Shown: positions 40,333 to 49,760 of the stretch, in pieces
Position numbering within the stretch: position 1 is the first letter of the stretch
How the letters are laid out: every line of letters starts with the position of its first letter
Assembly (NCBI GenBank): GCA_963777505.1
Contig: CAVZQN010000003.1
Span: 64,001-128,000 of the forward strand
Source: an uncultured bacterium
GTDB lineage: Bacteria > Acidobacteriota > HRBIN11 > JAKEFK01
DNA length: 64,000 nucleotides
Reading direction: 5' to 3'
Translations under genes and position numbers: made by a program
Notes under the pieces: generated by a model
What the model was told of the DNA's origin: nothing
Database searches by the model: none
Seen by the model: only the letters and a program-made list of their open reading frames with translations

Positions 40333-40839
40333 ATGACCAGAAAAATCCTGATTATTTTGACTGCCTATCTTTTTGTACTCAGTTTTGTATTTGCAGAAAC
40401 AGAAAATTCATTTACCACCATCATTCTCGTTCGTCATGCTGAAAAGACTACGACACCGAAGGACGATCCGGTCCTGACGGATGCTGGCAAGGTCCGTTCA
40501 GAGAATCTCGCAAAATTGTTACGTGCTGCAGATGTAAAAGCGATTTATACAACCCATTTTCAGCGCACACGTTTAACAGCGGAACCGCTTGCGAAACAAC
40601 TTTCTATTACTCCAACTGTCTTTGATGCAAAAGACAGCACAGTATTTTCTAAAGCAATTCGCGATAAAAACGCAGGTCAAACAGTCCTCGTTGTTGGTCA
40701 TAGCAACACTGTGCCGGAGATTATTCATGGGTTGGGTGGTCCAGCAATGGAAGAAATTGATGAAACGGAATTCGACAATTTATTTATCGTTACGATGCCG
40801 AAAGAAGGCAAATCGTCGATTTTGAAACTAAAATACTAA
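40333..40839 (+). CDS. Secreted histidine phosphatase (SixA/PGM-like)
   Basis: LVRHAEK; RTRLTA; VVGHSN. Confidence 0.9.
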   Translation: MTRKILIILTAYLFVLSFVFAETENSFTTIILVRHAEKTTTPKDDPVLTDAGKVRSENLAKLLRAADVKAIYTTHFQRTRLTAEPLAKQLSITPTVFDAKDSTVFSKAIRDKNAGQTVLVVGHSNTVPEIIHGLGGPAMEEIDETEFDNLFIVTMPKEGKSSILKLKY

Positions 40840-40842
40840 TAT

Positions 40843-41308
40843 ATGGAAGAAAAAAGCCTTCAAGAAACGTATGCTCCACAAAACGCATGCTTTGGATGCG
40901 GCCCTTCAAATGAAAAAGGATTGAAGATCCGAAGTTTTGTTCAGGGCGATGAAGTTGTATGCTGAATGGACTCCTCAAAAACATCATGAAGCATTTCCAG
41001 GCGTGTTGAATGGTGGAATTATTGGCGCACTGTTGGATTGTCATTCGAACTGGACAGCCACCTGGCATTTGATGAACAAGGCAGGTGAGAGCCATCCGCC
41101 TTGTACGGTGACTGCCGATTTTGCGGTGAAGTTGTTTCGTCCAACTCCAACGGATGGACCGGTTCAACTCAGCGCAGTTGTCACCGAATCAACTGATGAT
41201 CGCGCAATTGTTGAATCGAAATTAACGGCAGGTGGTAAAGTTTGCGCAACTTGTCGTGGAACTTTCGTTGCAGTAAAACCGGGACATCCGGCGTATCATC
41301 GCTGGTAA
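40843..41308 (+). pseudogene. PaaI-family hotdog thioesterase with a one-base frameshift near 40960 (possibly an assembly error)
   Basis: MEEKSLQETYAPQNACFGCGPSNEKGLKIRSF...EVV joins AEWTP...GVLNGGIIGALLDCH after removing one base. Confidence 0.85.
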
Positions 41309-41404
41309 AAATGAATTCACCACAAAGACACAAAGAACACAAGCTATAAGCAAAACTTGTTAATAGTTTTTGTATACTTTGTGCCTTTGTGGTGAATTCA
41401 TTTT
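41307..41404. repeat. Family A full inverted pair
   Basis: AAAATGAATTCACCACAAAGACACAAAG ... CTTTGTGCCTTTGTGGTGAATTCATTTT. Confidence 0.85.
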
Positions 41405-41427
41405 CTTATTCATCTCGCCCATCATTC

Positions 41428-41455
41428 TTGCAAAATTTAACGAAATCAATATAGT
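41428..41455 (+). promoter_or_regulatory. Putative sigma70 promoter of the RRM gene
   Basis: TTGCAA-N16-TATAGT. Confidence 0.45.
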
Positions 41456-41624
41456 AAGAAATTGTCAAAGGGATTTTTCTTTGACGTAGGTAAACGTTAA
41501 ATCGATGCTGAAAAGCCTTCTGCTATCAGCTTTCCGCGATTCGCAATCCTGCCCTCGTTCGAAAGGGTCACGATTCGTGTGCGGGAGTTTGAAAAGGCCC
41601 TTCAGTTTTTAAAGAGGAGTAACT

Positions 41625-41924
41625 TTGCAAAAGAAACTTTTTGTGGGTGGATTGCCCTACACAACCCAGGAAGATGAAATTCGCGATCTCTTTGCCCAGG
41701 CTGGCGAAGTAGTATCAGCAAATATCATCCGCGATCGTTTCACAAACCAGTCGCGTGGTTTTGGTTTTGTGGAAATGGCCACAGAAGATCAGGCGGCAGA
41801 TGCAATAAAACGTTTTAACGGGGTCGAGTTTGGTGGCCGTAGCATGGTTGTAAATGAATCGCGACCGCAGGAACGTAAGAATACCGGCGGCGGTGGATTC
41901 AGAGGAAAGCGCGACCGATATTAG
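41625..41924 (+). CDS. Single-RRM RNA-binding protein with Gly/Arg tail
   Basis: RNP2 LFVGGL; RNP1 RGFGFVEM; TTG start with GAGGAG SD. Confidence 0.95.
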   Translation: MQKKLFVGGLPYTTQEDEIRDLFAQAGEVVSANIIRDRFTNQSRGFGFVEMATEDQAADAIKRFNGVEFGGRSMVVNESRPQERKNTGGGGFRGKRDRY

Positions 41925-41938
41925 CTTTCATTTGTTTT

Positions 41939-41975
41939 AGACCCTCCGGGCCCAAACTGGAGGGTCTTTCGTTTT
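41939..41975 (+). terminator. Intrinsic terminator
   Basis: AGACCCTCC...GGAGGGTCT stem followed by TTCGTTTT. Confidence 0.7.
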
Positions 41976-41988
41976 AAGGTGTGTTTAT

Positions 41989-43671
41989 TTGAAGCTTTTA
42001 CATTATTGCTTAGCTATACTCCTCGTACTCCTTTTTGGAACTCATTTCACATCTCTTTCTAAAGAACCATCCGGTAAAGTTTGGATCTTCTTCAAAGAAA
42101 AACCGGATTGGAAGCTGAAGACCGCGAAGTCTTCTTCGGTTTTGCAATATACAGATGCTGCATTGAAGCGACGGCTGTCGCGAGGGATTCCTACTCTGGA
42201 AGAATCAGATTTTCCAGTGGACGCTTCTTACATCAATTTGGTTCGAAGTTCAGGCGCGGCAATACGAATGGAATCACGATGGCTGAACGCAGTCAGCGCA
42301 TTTTGCAACGCAGATTGTATTTCAAGAGTACGCTCACTTTCATTTGTTCGATCGATTGAACCCGTCCGGACTTACTATCGTCCAATCGAAACAGTAGAAC
42401 GAGTTTCGATAACGCCTCAACTGACACCTCAGTCGCCTGATGCACTTTCGTATGGATCTTCGCGCGATCAGCTTGTTCAAATCAAAGTTCCACTTGCTCA
42501 CAATCGCGGCTTTACTGGTAAAGGTGAAATTGTTGCTGTATTTGATACCGGCTTTCGTAAGGATCATGTAGTCTTCAGAAATCATAGAGTTATCGCGGAA
42601 CGTGATTTTGTTTTTGGTGACAATAATGTGACGAATGGCGGCGAATTCGATTCGCATGGAACGTCAACGTGGTCTTGTGTCGGCGGCGAATTAACAGGAA
42701 GTTATTATGGCCCCGCATATCAAGCGGATGTTTTGCTCGCGGCTACAGAAGATATCAGATCGGAAACTCAGGTTGAGGAAGATAACTGGGTTGCTGCTAT
42801 GGAATGGGCCGATCGGAACGGCGCAAGTGTCATTAGCAGTTCGCTTGGTTACAGCGATTGGTATTCATCTTCGGATTATGATGGCCAAACGCCGGTTACT
42901 TCACGCGCAGCGAGTACAGCATTCAGAAAGGGAATTGTTGTTGTCACGTCTGCTGGAAATGCAGGACCATTTTCGCCGAGTTTAGGTGCGCCTGCTGATG
43001 CATTTAATATTCTTGCTGTCGGTTCTGTAACTGCGCAAGGAGACATTTCAAGTTTCAGTTCACGCGGACCAACTGCAGATGGACGGATCAAACCGGAAGT
43101 TGTTGCACGCGGATCTTTAACATATGTAGCCAGCAGTTTTGGAAGCAGAACATTCGGTCGCTCGAGCGGTACATCATTCGCATGTCCGTTAGTTGCAGGA
43201 AGCGCTGCAGTTTTACTTTCGGCGCGTCCTGATTGGACTCCTTTGCAAGTCAGAGAAGCTTTGATGATGACTGCAAATCATGCATCGAATCCCGATAATA
43301 CTTTCGGCTGGGGAATCTTGAATCTCAACAAGGCAATCGATTTCCTTCCTGCAAAATCTGTTGTCATCGATCACAAGCCATTGAAAGATATGAACCAAAC
43401 TCCTGCGCCATACAGGGTTCTTGCAAAAATTCGCGCTCAACGCGGCCTGAATCCCACGCAGTCAGTACTATTTTGGAGAATTCAGGGAGGCTCTTTCACA
43501 AAAGTTGTTTTTCAGCCAGCTTCTGGAACAACAGATCGATTTCAAGCCTTGATTCCACCTCAACAAGTAGGAACGACAATCGAATATTTTCTTGCCGCAA
43601 AAGATACTGCTGGTAAACAAACACGTTTTCCTTTTCCTGCGCCAAACGTAGTCCGGTTCACAATACGCTGA
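41989..43671 (+). CDS. Secreted S8 subtilisin-like serine peptidase
   Basis: FDTG, HGT, AGN and SGTSFACP catalytic motifs. Confidence 0.94.
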   Translation: MKLLHYCLAILLVLLFGTHFTSLSKEPSGKVWIFFKEKPDWKLKTAKSSSVLQYTDAALKRRLSRGIPTLEESDFPVDASYINLVRSSGAAIRMESRWLNAVSAFCNADCISRVRSLSFVRSIEPVRTYYRPIETVERVSITPQLTPQSPDALSYGSSRDQLVQIKVPLAHNRGFTGKGEIVAVFDTGFRKDHVVFRNHRVIAERDFVFGDNNVTNGGEFDSHGTSTWSCVGGELTGSYYGPAYQADVLLAATEDIRSETQVEEDNWVAAMEWADRNGASVISSSLGYSDWYSSSDYDGQTPVTSRAASTAFRKGIVVVTSAGNAGPFSPSLGAPADAFNILAVGSVTAQGDISSFSSRGPTADGRIKPEVVARGSLTYVASSFGSRTFGRSSGTSFACPLVAGSAAVLLSARPDWTPLQVREALMMTANHASNPDNTFGWGILNLNKAIDFLPAKSVVIDHKPLKDMNQTPAPYRVLAKIRAQRGLNPTQSVLFWRIQGGSFTKVVFQPASGTTDRFQALIPPQQVGTTIEYFLAAKDTAGKQTRFPFPAPNVVRFTIR

Positions 43672-43682
43672 CAGTCTGGCGC

Positions 43683-44945
43683 ATGCCCTTCAGAAAATTT
43701 CTAATCCTCTTTCTCGTTCTGACAATCACAACTTGCAAGCAGCCATCGGTGTCGCCAGTTCTGCCACGAGCCAACGCTCAAGATGTTGGTTTGTCTTCTG
43801 AGCGTCTCAACAGAGTTCAGCGGTATGTGAACCGTCATATCAATGAAAGAAAGCTTCCAGGTGCCGTAACCCTGATAATGCGAAAAGGGAAGATTGCTCA
43901 TTTTCAGGCCGTTGGCAAGATGGATGAAAGCAAGCCGATGCGTGAAGATACTATTTTCCGGATTGCTTCTATGACAAAACCGATCACGAGTGTAGCCATC
44001 ATGATGCTTTCAGAACAAGGAAAACTTTCGATTGAGGAGCCGGTTTCAAAATATATTTCGGAATTCAAAGATATTCAGGTCGGCGTGCGTGGAAATGACA
44101 ATTCATTGAAATTTGTTCCAACAAAAAGTCCGATCACCATTCGTCATTTGCTCACTCATACTTCAGGAATTACTTATCGTTTTGCAGATATGGAACCCTG
44201 GTCAACGTTGTACAAGGCCGCCGGCATTTCCGATGGATTGTCGCAAACAGACGGCACGATTCGTGATGAAGTGATGAAGCTGGCGAAGTTGCCATTGATG
44301 CATCAACCGGGAGAAACGTTCACGTATGGTCTTTCAACGGATGTTCTTGGGTATTTAGTTGAGGTTGTTTCAAAAATGACTCTTGATGAATTCTTTCGAC
44401 AGTCTATTTTTGAACCCCTAAAGATGAACGATACATATTTTTATTTGCCTACTGAAAAACGATCACGCGTTGCAGCTGTTTACAGTCAGTCTCCTGACGG
44501 AAACATTCAAAAGATGGGTGACGATCCTGTGGAAGAAGGGAATCTTGAATATTCGGCATCGTATCAATACAAAGGACCTAAAACTTACTATTCCGGTGGT
44601 GTAGGGCTCGTATCGACAGCAACTGATTATGCACGGTTTCTTCAGATGATGCTTAATGGAGGCGAACTCGATGGAGTCCGAATCTTAAGTCAAAAAACGA
44701 TTGAACAGATGACCGCAAACCAAGTATCTGCATTGCAGGGTACTCGATATGGTTTCGGTTTAGGTTTTGGCTTATTTCATGATCATTCCTCGACCCAATA
44801 TAGTTGGTCAGGATTTTTTCATACTACATTTTTTGTTGATCCTCAGGAAAAATTGATCGGGATATTTCTCTCTCAAATGTTTCCATCTGACGAACGGCTT
44901 CATGACAGGTTTCGAGTTCTGGTATTGGAATCCATCAGCGATTGA
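43683..44945 (+). CDS. Beta-lactamase-family serine hydrolase
   Basis: FRIASMTK; LLTHTSG; FTYG; WSG. Confidence 0.92.
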   Translation: MPFRKFLILFLVLTITTCKQPSVSPVLPRANAQDVGLSSERLNRVQRYVNRHINERKLPGAVTLIMRKGKIAHFQAVGKMDESKPMREDTIFRIASMTKPITSVAIMMLSEQGKLSIEEPVSKYISEFKDIQVGVRGNDNSLKFVPTKSPITIRHLLTHTSGITYRFADMEPWSTLYKAAGISDGLSQTDGTIRDEVMKLAKLPLMHQPGETFTYGLSTDVLGYLVEVVSKMTLDEFFRQSIFEPLKMNDTYFYLPTEKRSRVAAVYSQSPDGNIQKMGDDPVEEGNLEYSASYQYKGPKTYYSGGVGLVSTATDYARFLQMMLNGGELDGVRILSQKTIEQMTANQVSALQGTRYGFGLGFGLFHDHSSTQYSWSGFFHTTFFVDPQEKLIGIFLSQMFPSDERLHDRFRVLVLESISD

Positions 44946-45824
44946 TTAAGAAGGCTTCAAGAATTCTTCAACCTCAACAAGCTGGAATTGAGGCGAACAT
45001 TGCGCAGCATGACGCAAAATAGGCAAGTGCCCCGCTCCAATTAAGACCAGAATTCGATCGTTTGGTGATTGAGCCATTCTTGCTAAGTTCGCAAAAATTC
45101 GAAGATTCCGGTTATACCACCACCCGGTCACAGAATCGACACCCGGATACTGATCTTCTTTTCCGACTTCAAATTCTCCAATGAGATAGTGACCATGACC
45201 GATTCGGATCCGTTCTTCGGAGTTTATATAATGAAGATGTTCCCAGAGCTTCTGTTTTGTTTTTAGTTCATCATCGTGTTGATAGAGAGCTTCAAATCGT
45301 TTATTCCACGGACTTTCAAGTAGTTGTTGTTGACTATTTTGTTCTGCAAATGTTTTAACATCTGGCTCAGGATCGTAGGCACGACCTTTTACATCGATCG
45401 CCTCCACACTTTTCAAGCCGTTCGACTTTGCGAGTCTGAATCCGAGTTGATAAATTTCATTGGATGGAAGCGTATATTCGCCTTTCAAATAATTTGAATA
45501 TCGTTCGTTGATCAAGTCTTTCTTTTCTTTTGGGACTTCGAGTCCAATTTTTGTTGGACGGAATTTTGAGAGTCTTGAAACAACCTCTTCAACTTCACGT
45601 TGTCTTTCAGGTGAAAGGATATCGATGTCGAATTTTGGCTTGTATCCATCCAGTCCCGCATCTTTGAAATGAAATGAACCAAGCAAAAGGAGTTTTGTCC
45701 TTGTCTGTGGATCTCCTAAAAAAGTCTTTTCGGGATCGAGTTTATTCGTCTGAGTACTGGACATTCCAGCTACGAAAAATGCGAGACAACAGACCAGGGT
45801 TACGTATATCCATGAAATTCGCAT
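44946..45824 (-). CDS. Secreted DUF5694-like (TraB/Tiki-superfamily-like) protein
   Basis: LLGSFHF; F.PTKI.LE; NEIYQLGFRLA; WYNRNLRIF; GAGH. Confidence 0.75.
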   Translation of the reverse strand: MRISWIYVTLVCCLAFFVAGMSSTQTNKLDPEKTFLGDPQTRTKLLLLGSFHFKDAGLDGYKPKFDIDILSPERQREVEEVVSRLSKFRPTKIGLEVPKEKKDLINERYSNYLKGEYTLPSNEIYQLGFRLAKSNGLKSVEAIDVKGRAYDPEPDVKTFAEQNSQQQLLESPWNKRFEALYQHDDELKTKQKLWEHLHYINSEERIRIGHGHYLIGEFEVGKEDQYPGVDSVTGWWYNRNLRIFANLARMAQSPNDRILVLIGAGHLPILRHAAQCSPQFQLVEVEEFLKPS

Positions 45825-45887
45825 GAGTCCTCCTTTTCTCTTCTGTTTGACCCTGATTGTGTGAAGCCAGTTGGGGCAGTGTTATAC

Positions 45888-45916
45888 TTGACAACCTTTG
45901 ACGGAATTAATACATT
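45888..45916 (+). promoter_or_regulatory. sigma70 promoter of the tRNA pair
   Basis: TTGACA-N17-TACATT, ending 30 nt before tRNA-Ile. Confidence 0.8.
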
Positions 45917-45946
45917 GGTTACTCGCCAAAACAGCAATTTTCCGAT

Positions 45947-46020
45947 GGGCCTATAGCTCAGTTGGCTAGAGCGCACGCCTGATAAGCGTGAGGTCAATGG
46001 TTCAACTCCATTTAGGCCCA
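45947..46020 (+). tRNA. tRNA-Ile(GAT); CCA not encoded
   Basis: GGGCCTA/TAGGCCC acceptor stem; CACGC-CTGATAA-GCGTG anticodon arm; TTCAACT T-loop. Confidence 0.97.
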
Positions 46021-46027
46021 CTCTTTG

Positions 46028-46104
46028 GATTTCAGATTTCAGATGTGAGATTTCAGATTGAAAGCGCTCTTCAATCTAAAATCTGAAATCTCACATCTGA
46101 AATC
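46028..46104. repeat. Inverted heptamer arrays (five plus five GATTTCA-like units) forming a long hairpin in the tRNA spacer
   Basis: GATTTCA GATTTCA GATGTGA GATTTCA GATTGAA - AGCGCTC - TTCAATC TAAAATC TGAAATC TCACATC TGAAATC. Confidence 0.88.
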
Positions 46105-46109
46105 TCGAT

Positions 46110-46182
46110 GGGGATATAGCTCAGTTGGGAGAGCGCCTGCTTTGCACGCAGGAGGTCAGGGGTTCGAATCCCCTTATCTCCA
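46110..46182 (+). tRNA. tRNA-Ala(TGC); CCA not encoded
   Basis: GGGGATA/TATCTCC acceptor stem with G3:U70; CCTGC-TTTGCAC-GCAGG anticodon arm; GTTCGAATC. Confidence 0.97.
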
Positions 46183-46188
46183 CTTCAA

Positions 46189-46217
46189 CTCAACCGCCAA
46201 GACGCCAAGGCGGTTGA
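46189..46217. repeat. Family A collapsed hairpin; likely also the tRNA operon terminator
   Basis: TCAACCGCC-AAGACGCCAA-GGCGGTTGA. Confidence 0.75.
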
Positions 46218-46225
46218 TCTTTAGC

Positions 46226-47226
46226 TTAAGTTTCCTTCCACAAGCCGCGTTTTTTCATAGCTTCTTTATACTGAAGAACTGTTTTTGCTTGTTCGCTATT
46301 CGGATGCTTTTGCAAAAATTCTTTAATGATAGGCGTCGCTTTTTGGTATTCCCCCAAACGTATATAGGCTTGAGCTAGACCTTTCAGAACCGAGGCGCGG
46401 TAAAAAGCTTGGGAAATTTCTGTACAAGGGTTCCCACCTTTCAACTATCATCAAGAGCTCATCACGAAAAGACTCTGTTGAACCCAATTCACCAGATTCC
46501 ATCCTTTTAAGATAATCTTTGTATAAGAAATCCTCTTCAATTGTTGAATTATTCATTCCCAAAAATGAGGACCATACGTTTCCAGATTTCCATAACACCC
46601 AGGCAGCATACGTCGATTTCGGATAATCTCTGAGAATCTCATCCGCTCTTAGTTTGAGGAACCAGGATAACTTCTCCGCTGAAGTAGCCTCTTGAGGTGT
46701 TGGATTCAGGTTCAGCATTACATTCTGATCAACTCCTTCAGGATTCTTTACAACAACCACTACCTCATTGGATTGAATTTCGCCAAGCCAAATTCCGTCG
46801 ACAGGGCGAATATCGTCTTCTGAATAACGATCAAGATAAGGGCCTGTAGAATGATATTCTGCAACAATACGAAATCGACCGGCTGGAAGGTAGATTTCAT
46901 CGCCAGTTACAGCAACGCCTTCGTATACTGTCTTTGCTTCAGAATCCAATGGATTTTCCTGAACCTGAAAATTTCGGCACATTTCTTGTTCGATATCTAT
47001 TGTGGTTTCAGATTCGTCTTTTGCCAAAATCGTAGTATGTTCACTGCAAAACCCAAATTGTTTATGCAAGACAAAAGGTCCCTCGGATTCTAATTTCATC
47101 GTTAATTTAAGTGGCACTCCCAAGATGACTTCTGTAGGTTCCACTTCCAAGGTGTAATGAAATGTTCTGTGCAATACAAAGCGCAGGAATCAACAATAAA
47201 AGCAAAAACCCAAGTGTGATTCTCAA
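46226..47226 (-). pseudogene. Secreted hypothetical protein with C-terminal TPR/YfiO-like helices and two apparent one-base frameshifts (near 47150 and 46405)
   Basis: Signal peptide MRITLGFLLLLLIPALCIA from TTG 47226 joins LEVEPTEVILG; NFPSF joins YRASVLKGLAQAYIRLGEYQKA...HPNSEQA. Confidence 0.6.
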
Positions 47227-47233
47227 AATCCTT

Positions 47234-47266
47234 CCTTGGCGACATGGCGTCTTGGCGGTTGAGCTA
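47234..47266 (-). repeat. Family A arm whose terminal TAG is the stop codon of the upstream gene
   Basis: Reverse complement TAGCTCAACCGCCAAGACGCCATGTCGCCAAGG. Confidence 0.8.
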
Positions 47267-48994
47267 ATCGCATGACTTCAATTTCAATCTGCATTGGAAG
47301 GCTTTTTCCCGTTGCGGGTCTTTTTGTTGGTGAAAATAAAAACGTTTCAACAGTCTGTAATCCTTCCTGACTCTTTCATCCGAAAAGTCATTCATATTCT
47401 GAATGTATTGATCTAACACGGGCAGAAAATCAACGAAGTTCGCGCCACGCTTTTTCAATTCTTCCATCAACGCGGTATCCCAAAAAAGAATTCGACCACG
47501 AACTCCATCGAATCCGATCGGATAAGGGGGAATATTTTGATTTAAGTTCAGCGCTTTTTCAGCGAGTTCTCCAAACATGAAATGTACTCTTCTCTGGTTG
47601 ACCAGATAATCAAACGGCGGCTTTTTTTCGTGCCCGATTCGGGTGCGCACATAAATCGGCTGACGAGCAATAAAGTAATCGGTTAATCCTGTTTCAGATT
47701 CAATGGCTGTTATGTCAGCCATGTAATACATTGTCCGGGCTTCACCACCCAGATATCCCACCTTTACTGGTAACCCGTTGAAATATTTGTTAAGAACCTG
47801 TGCATCGGACGAAGATTTCTTTTTGTAATTCGGCAGCAAAAACTCATAATAAAACCACTCATTCATAATTCCATTAACTGCGAGAATTCCGATTGGACGA
47901 TTCGCCTGATATACATAACCGATTGTCATGATTCCGATGAGTATATGAGCGAGCCTTACACGTTTTATCAAAAGAGGTAGAAACGCCATTTCCAGTGCAA
48001 TTGCAAGAAATGGTGTGAGTGGAATCAAAAGCCGGGCATACATAAAATCCCCGCCAACGCGCATCACATAAAAAATGTAAATCAAACAGAAGGCCGTACA
48101 GATCAATGTCTCGGCAAAGACCCGTTTTTTCGAGAGTTCTGCGGGAAATATTTTTCGTGTGATTAAAACAACAAAGAAGGGAAGTATCAAAGCGGCTGCT
48201 AAAACCCAATACTTCTGAAAATAAAGCGAAACATACAAAAATCCTTGAGAATACCAGGTCAAATTCCCTGATTTTGCATAAAAAGTATTCGGAAAAATAT
48301 CACCATAATAGTTAAGGCGCCAGAGCAGAAAAAGACCGCAAGGAATAGAATAAGCAGCTCCGTAATAGATTAAACGGCGAAAATTATATCTTCGTAACAC
48401 GAGCATTGTTAAAAAACATACCCCAAAGAAAAGGACTGCATCCTGTCTTGTTAGTGTTGCCATTGCAGCAAATAAGCCGGCAAGTACCGGCGAATCATTT
48501 TTTCGAAACAGCAATAAGAATGAACAAATCAACAAAAATGTAAGAATTGAGTTTTCTAATCCGCTTGTTGCATAGATTTGCCAGTCCGGATGAAGTGCGC
48601 CAATCGTCACAGCGATTGGTACAAATTTCGTGCCTATCTCTTTTTGAATTTCTAGATCGTGAAGGAGAAGTAGGATTAAGCTTCCGGCATAAAAAACAAT
48701 CCCCCAGACAAGTGCCCACGTTTCAGCTTTAATATTTAACCAGAGCCCTAAAGCTGACCAGATGGTCCAGAGAAAATTTGTGTAGCCTTCTACTCTTTCT
48801 CCAACATTAAAGACAAGCCCATTTCCCTGAACGAGATTATGGGCATATCGAAAGGTTATGAATGCGTCATCACAGAGCCAGGAGTAGGCAATGGCGCTAA
48901 AAATGCCAAAGAGGATCGCACCAGCAGGAATTAGAATGAACAGGTTTATCTTCTTTCGTGAATCCAAATTGTTCGAACCCAAAGCTCCCATCAA
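47264..48994 (-). CDS. GT-C-like polytopic membrane protein (arabinofuranosyltransferase-like)
   Basis: CDDAFITFRYA.N...G.GLVFN.GERVEGYTNFLW; SGLE; PNTFYAK; GGDFM. Confidence 0.8.
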   Translation of the reverse strand: MMGALGSNNLDSRKKINLFILIPAGAILFGIFSAIAYSWLCDDAFITFRYAHNLVQGNGLVFNVGERVEGYTNFLWTIWSALGLWLNIKAETWALVWGIVFYAGSLILLLLHDLEIQKEIGTKFVPIAVTIGALHPDWQIYATSGLENSILTFLLICSFLLLFRKNDSPVLAGLFAAMATLTRQDAVLFFGVCFLTMLVLRRYNFRRLIYYGAAYSIPCGLFLLWRLNYYGDIFPNTFYAKSGNLTWYSQGFLYVSLYFQKYWVLAAALILPFFVVLITRKIFPAELSKKRVFAETLICTAFCLIYIFYVMRVGGDFMYARLLIPLTPFLAIALEMAFLPLLIKRVRLAHILIGIMTIGYVYQANRPIGILAVNGIMNEWFYYEFLLPNYKKKSSSDAQVLNKYFNGLPVKVGYLGGEARTMYYMADITAIESETGLTDYFIARQPIYVRTRIGHEKKPPFDYLVNQRRVHFMFGELAEKALNLNQNIPPYPIGFDGVRGRILFWDTALMEELKKRGANFVDFLPVLDQYIQNMNDFSDERVRKDYRLLKRFYFHQQKDPQREKAFQCRLKLKSCD

Positions 48995-49032
48995 GGTGCA
49001 GCCAATATTCTATAACAGTGGGTCGCGGTTTC

Positions 49033-49200
49033 TCATCGGGTAAGGGCTTCGCTGAGTTGCCGGGCTTCGTTTGGATCCAGAAAATATTCGACCGCAGTAA
49101 CTGCACCTAATTTTTTTACTGTGATCACCAGGCGATAGCGCCCATCTTCCGTTTTCTCTAACTGTAGAGCTTTTGGTTCACGGAAAGTTTCATAGATCAT
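49033..49200 (-). CDS. Small hypothetical protein (55 aa)
   Basis: MIYETFREPKALQLEKTEDGRYRLVITVKKLGAVTAVEYFLDPNEARQLSEALTR; below the ORF-track cutoff; fills the gap. Confidence 0.6.
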   Translation of the reverse strand: MIYETFREPKALQLEKTEDGRYRLVITVKKLGAVTAVEYFLDPNEARQLSEALTR

Positions 49201-49230
49201 TTCTGTTTTCATTTCTTTATCATATATAGC

Positions 49231-49749
49231 ATGTGGAGTTCTGTAACCATTCCAGGCATCCCACGAATATTATTGGCGGATCTTACCGAAGATTCTCAAG
49301 GATGGGAGTTCACTTTCACAAATCGACTCTGTTTAGCTTTAAGAAAGAGTGGGTTGGATATTGAAAGGCTAGAAAAGGTTGGAGAGCTTCAACAGTCCGA
49401 TTTCAACTGTCTGCTTGTATTGGCTCATTCACATTCAAATTTTCTGGATACGCTTCGTTCGCAACAGTTGCCTCCATATTTACTTGCGATTTGTGGCACT
49501 GATGACTTCTCTCCACAACTAAGCGAATCTGTTTTGAAATCGACTCCAGCAATTACACCTCTTGCGATTGCACCGTTGTCCCCGGTGACTCCGCGTGAAG
49601 CAGGACTCTTCTATCTCAAGTTTTTTACTGAACTAAAATTGCATTCTAAAGATGACATCAGCGGCAAAATGGTTTGGTTTTCTTTCTCAAAAGCTAAAGA
49701 ACTTTTGAAAAGACGGAGGTACACTGGGAAATATGGAGCGCGCTGTTAA
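49231..49749 (+). CDS. Hypothetical protein
   Basis: 172-aa ORF with no competing gene. Confidence 0.65.
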   Translation: MWSSVTIPGIPRILLADLTEDSQGWEFTFTNRLCLALRKSGLDIERLEKVGELQQSDFNCLLVLAHSHSNFLDTLRSQQLPPYLLAICGTDDFSPQLSESVLKSTPAITPLAIAPLSPVTPREAGLFYLKFFTELKLHSKDDISGKMVWFSFSKAKELLKRRRYTGKYGARC

Positions 49750-49760
49750 TTCAAACTGAT

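Noticed and set aside
40960-40990. Selenocysteine or TGA readthrough in the thioesterase (also at 11868)
   Set aside because: The protein-like sequence continues in a different frame, so an indel explains it.
28454-44945. Antibiotic-resistance calls for the two beta-lactamase-fold genes
   Set aside because: The motifs fit general serine hydrolases or esterases, with no mobile context.
45800-46378. ORFs 45800-46021 and 46058-46378
   Set aside because: They are translations across tRNA genes and repeats.
46110-47263. Integrase-type island at tRNA-Ala
   Set aside because: No integrase and no duplicated tRNA 3' end were seen.
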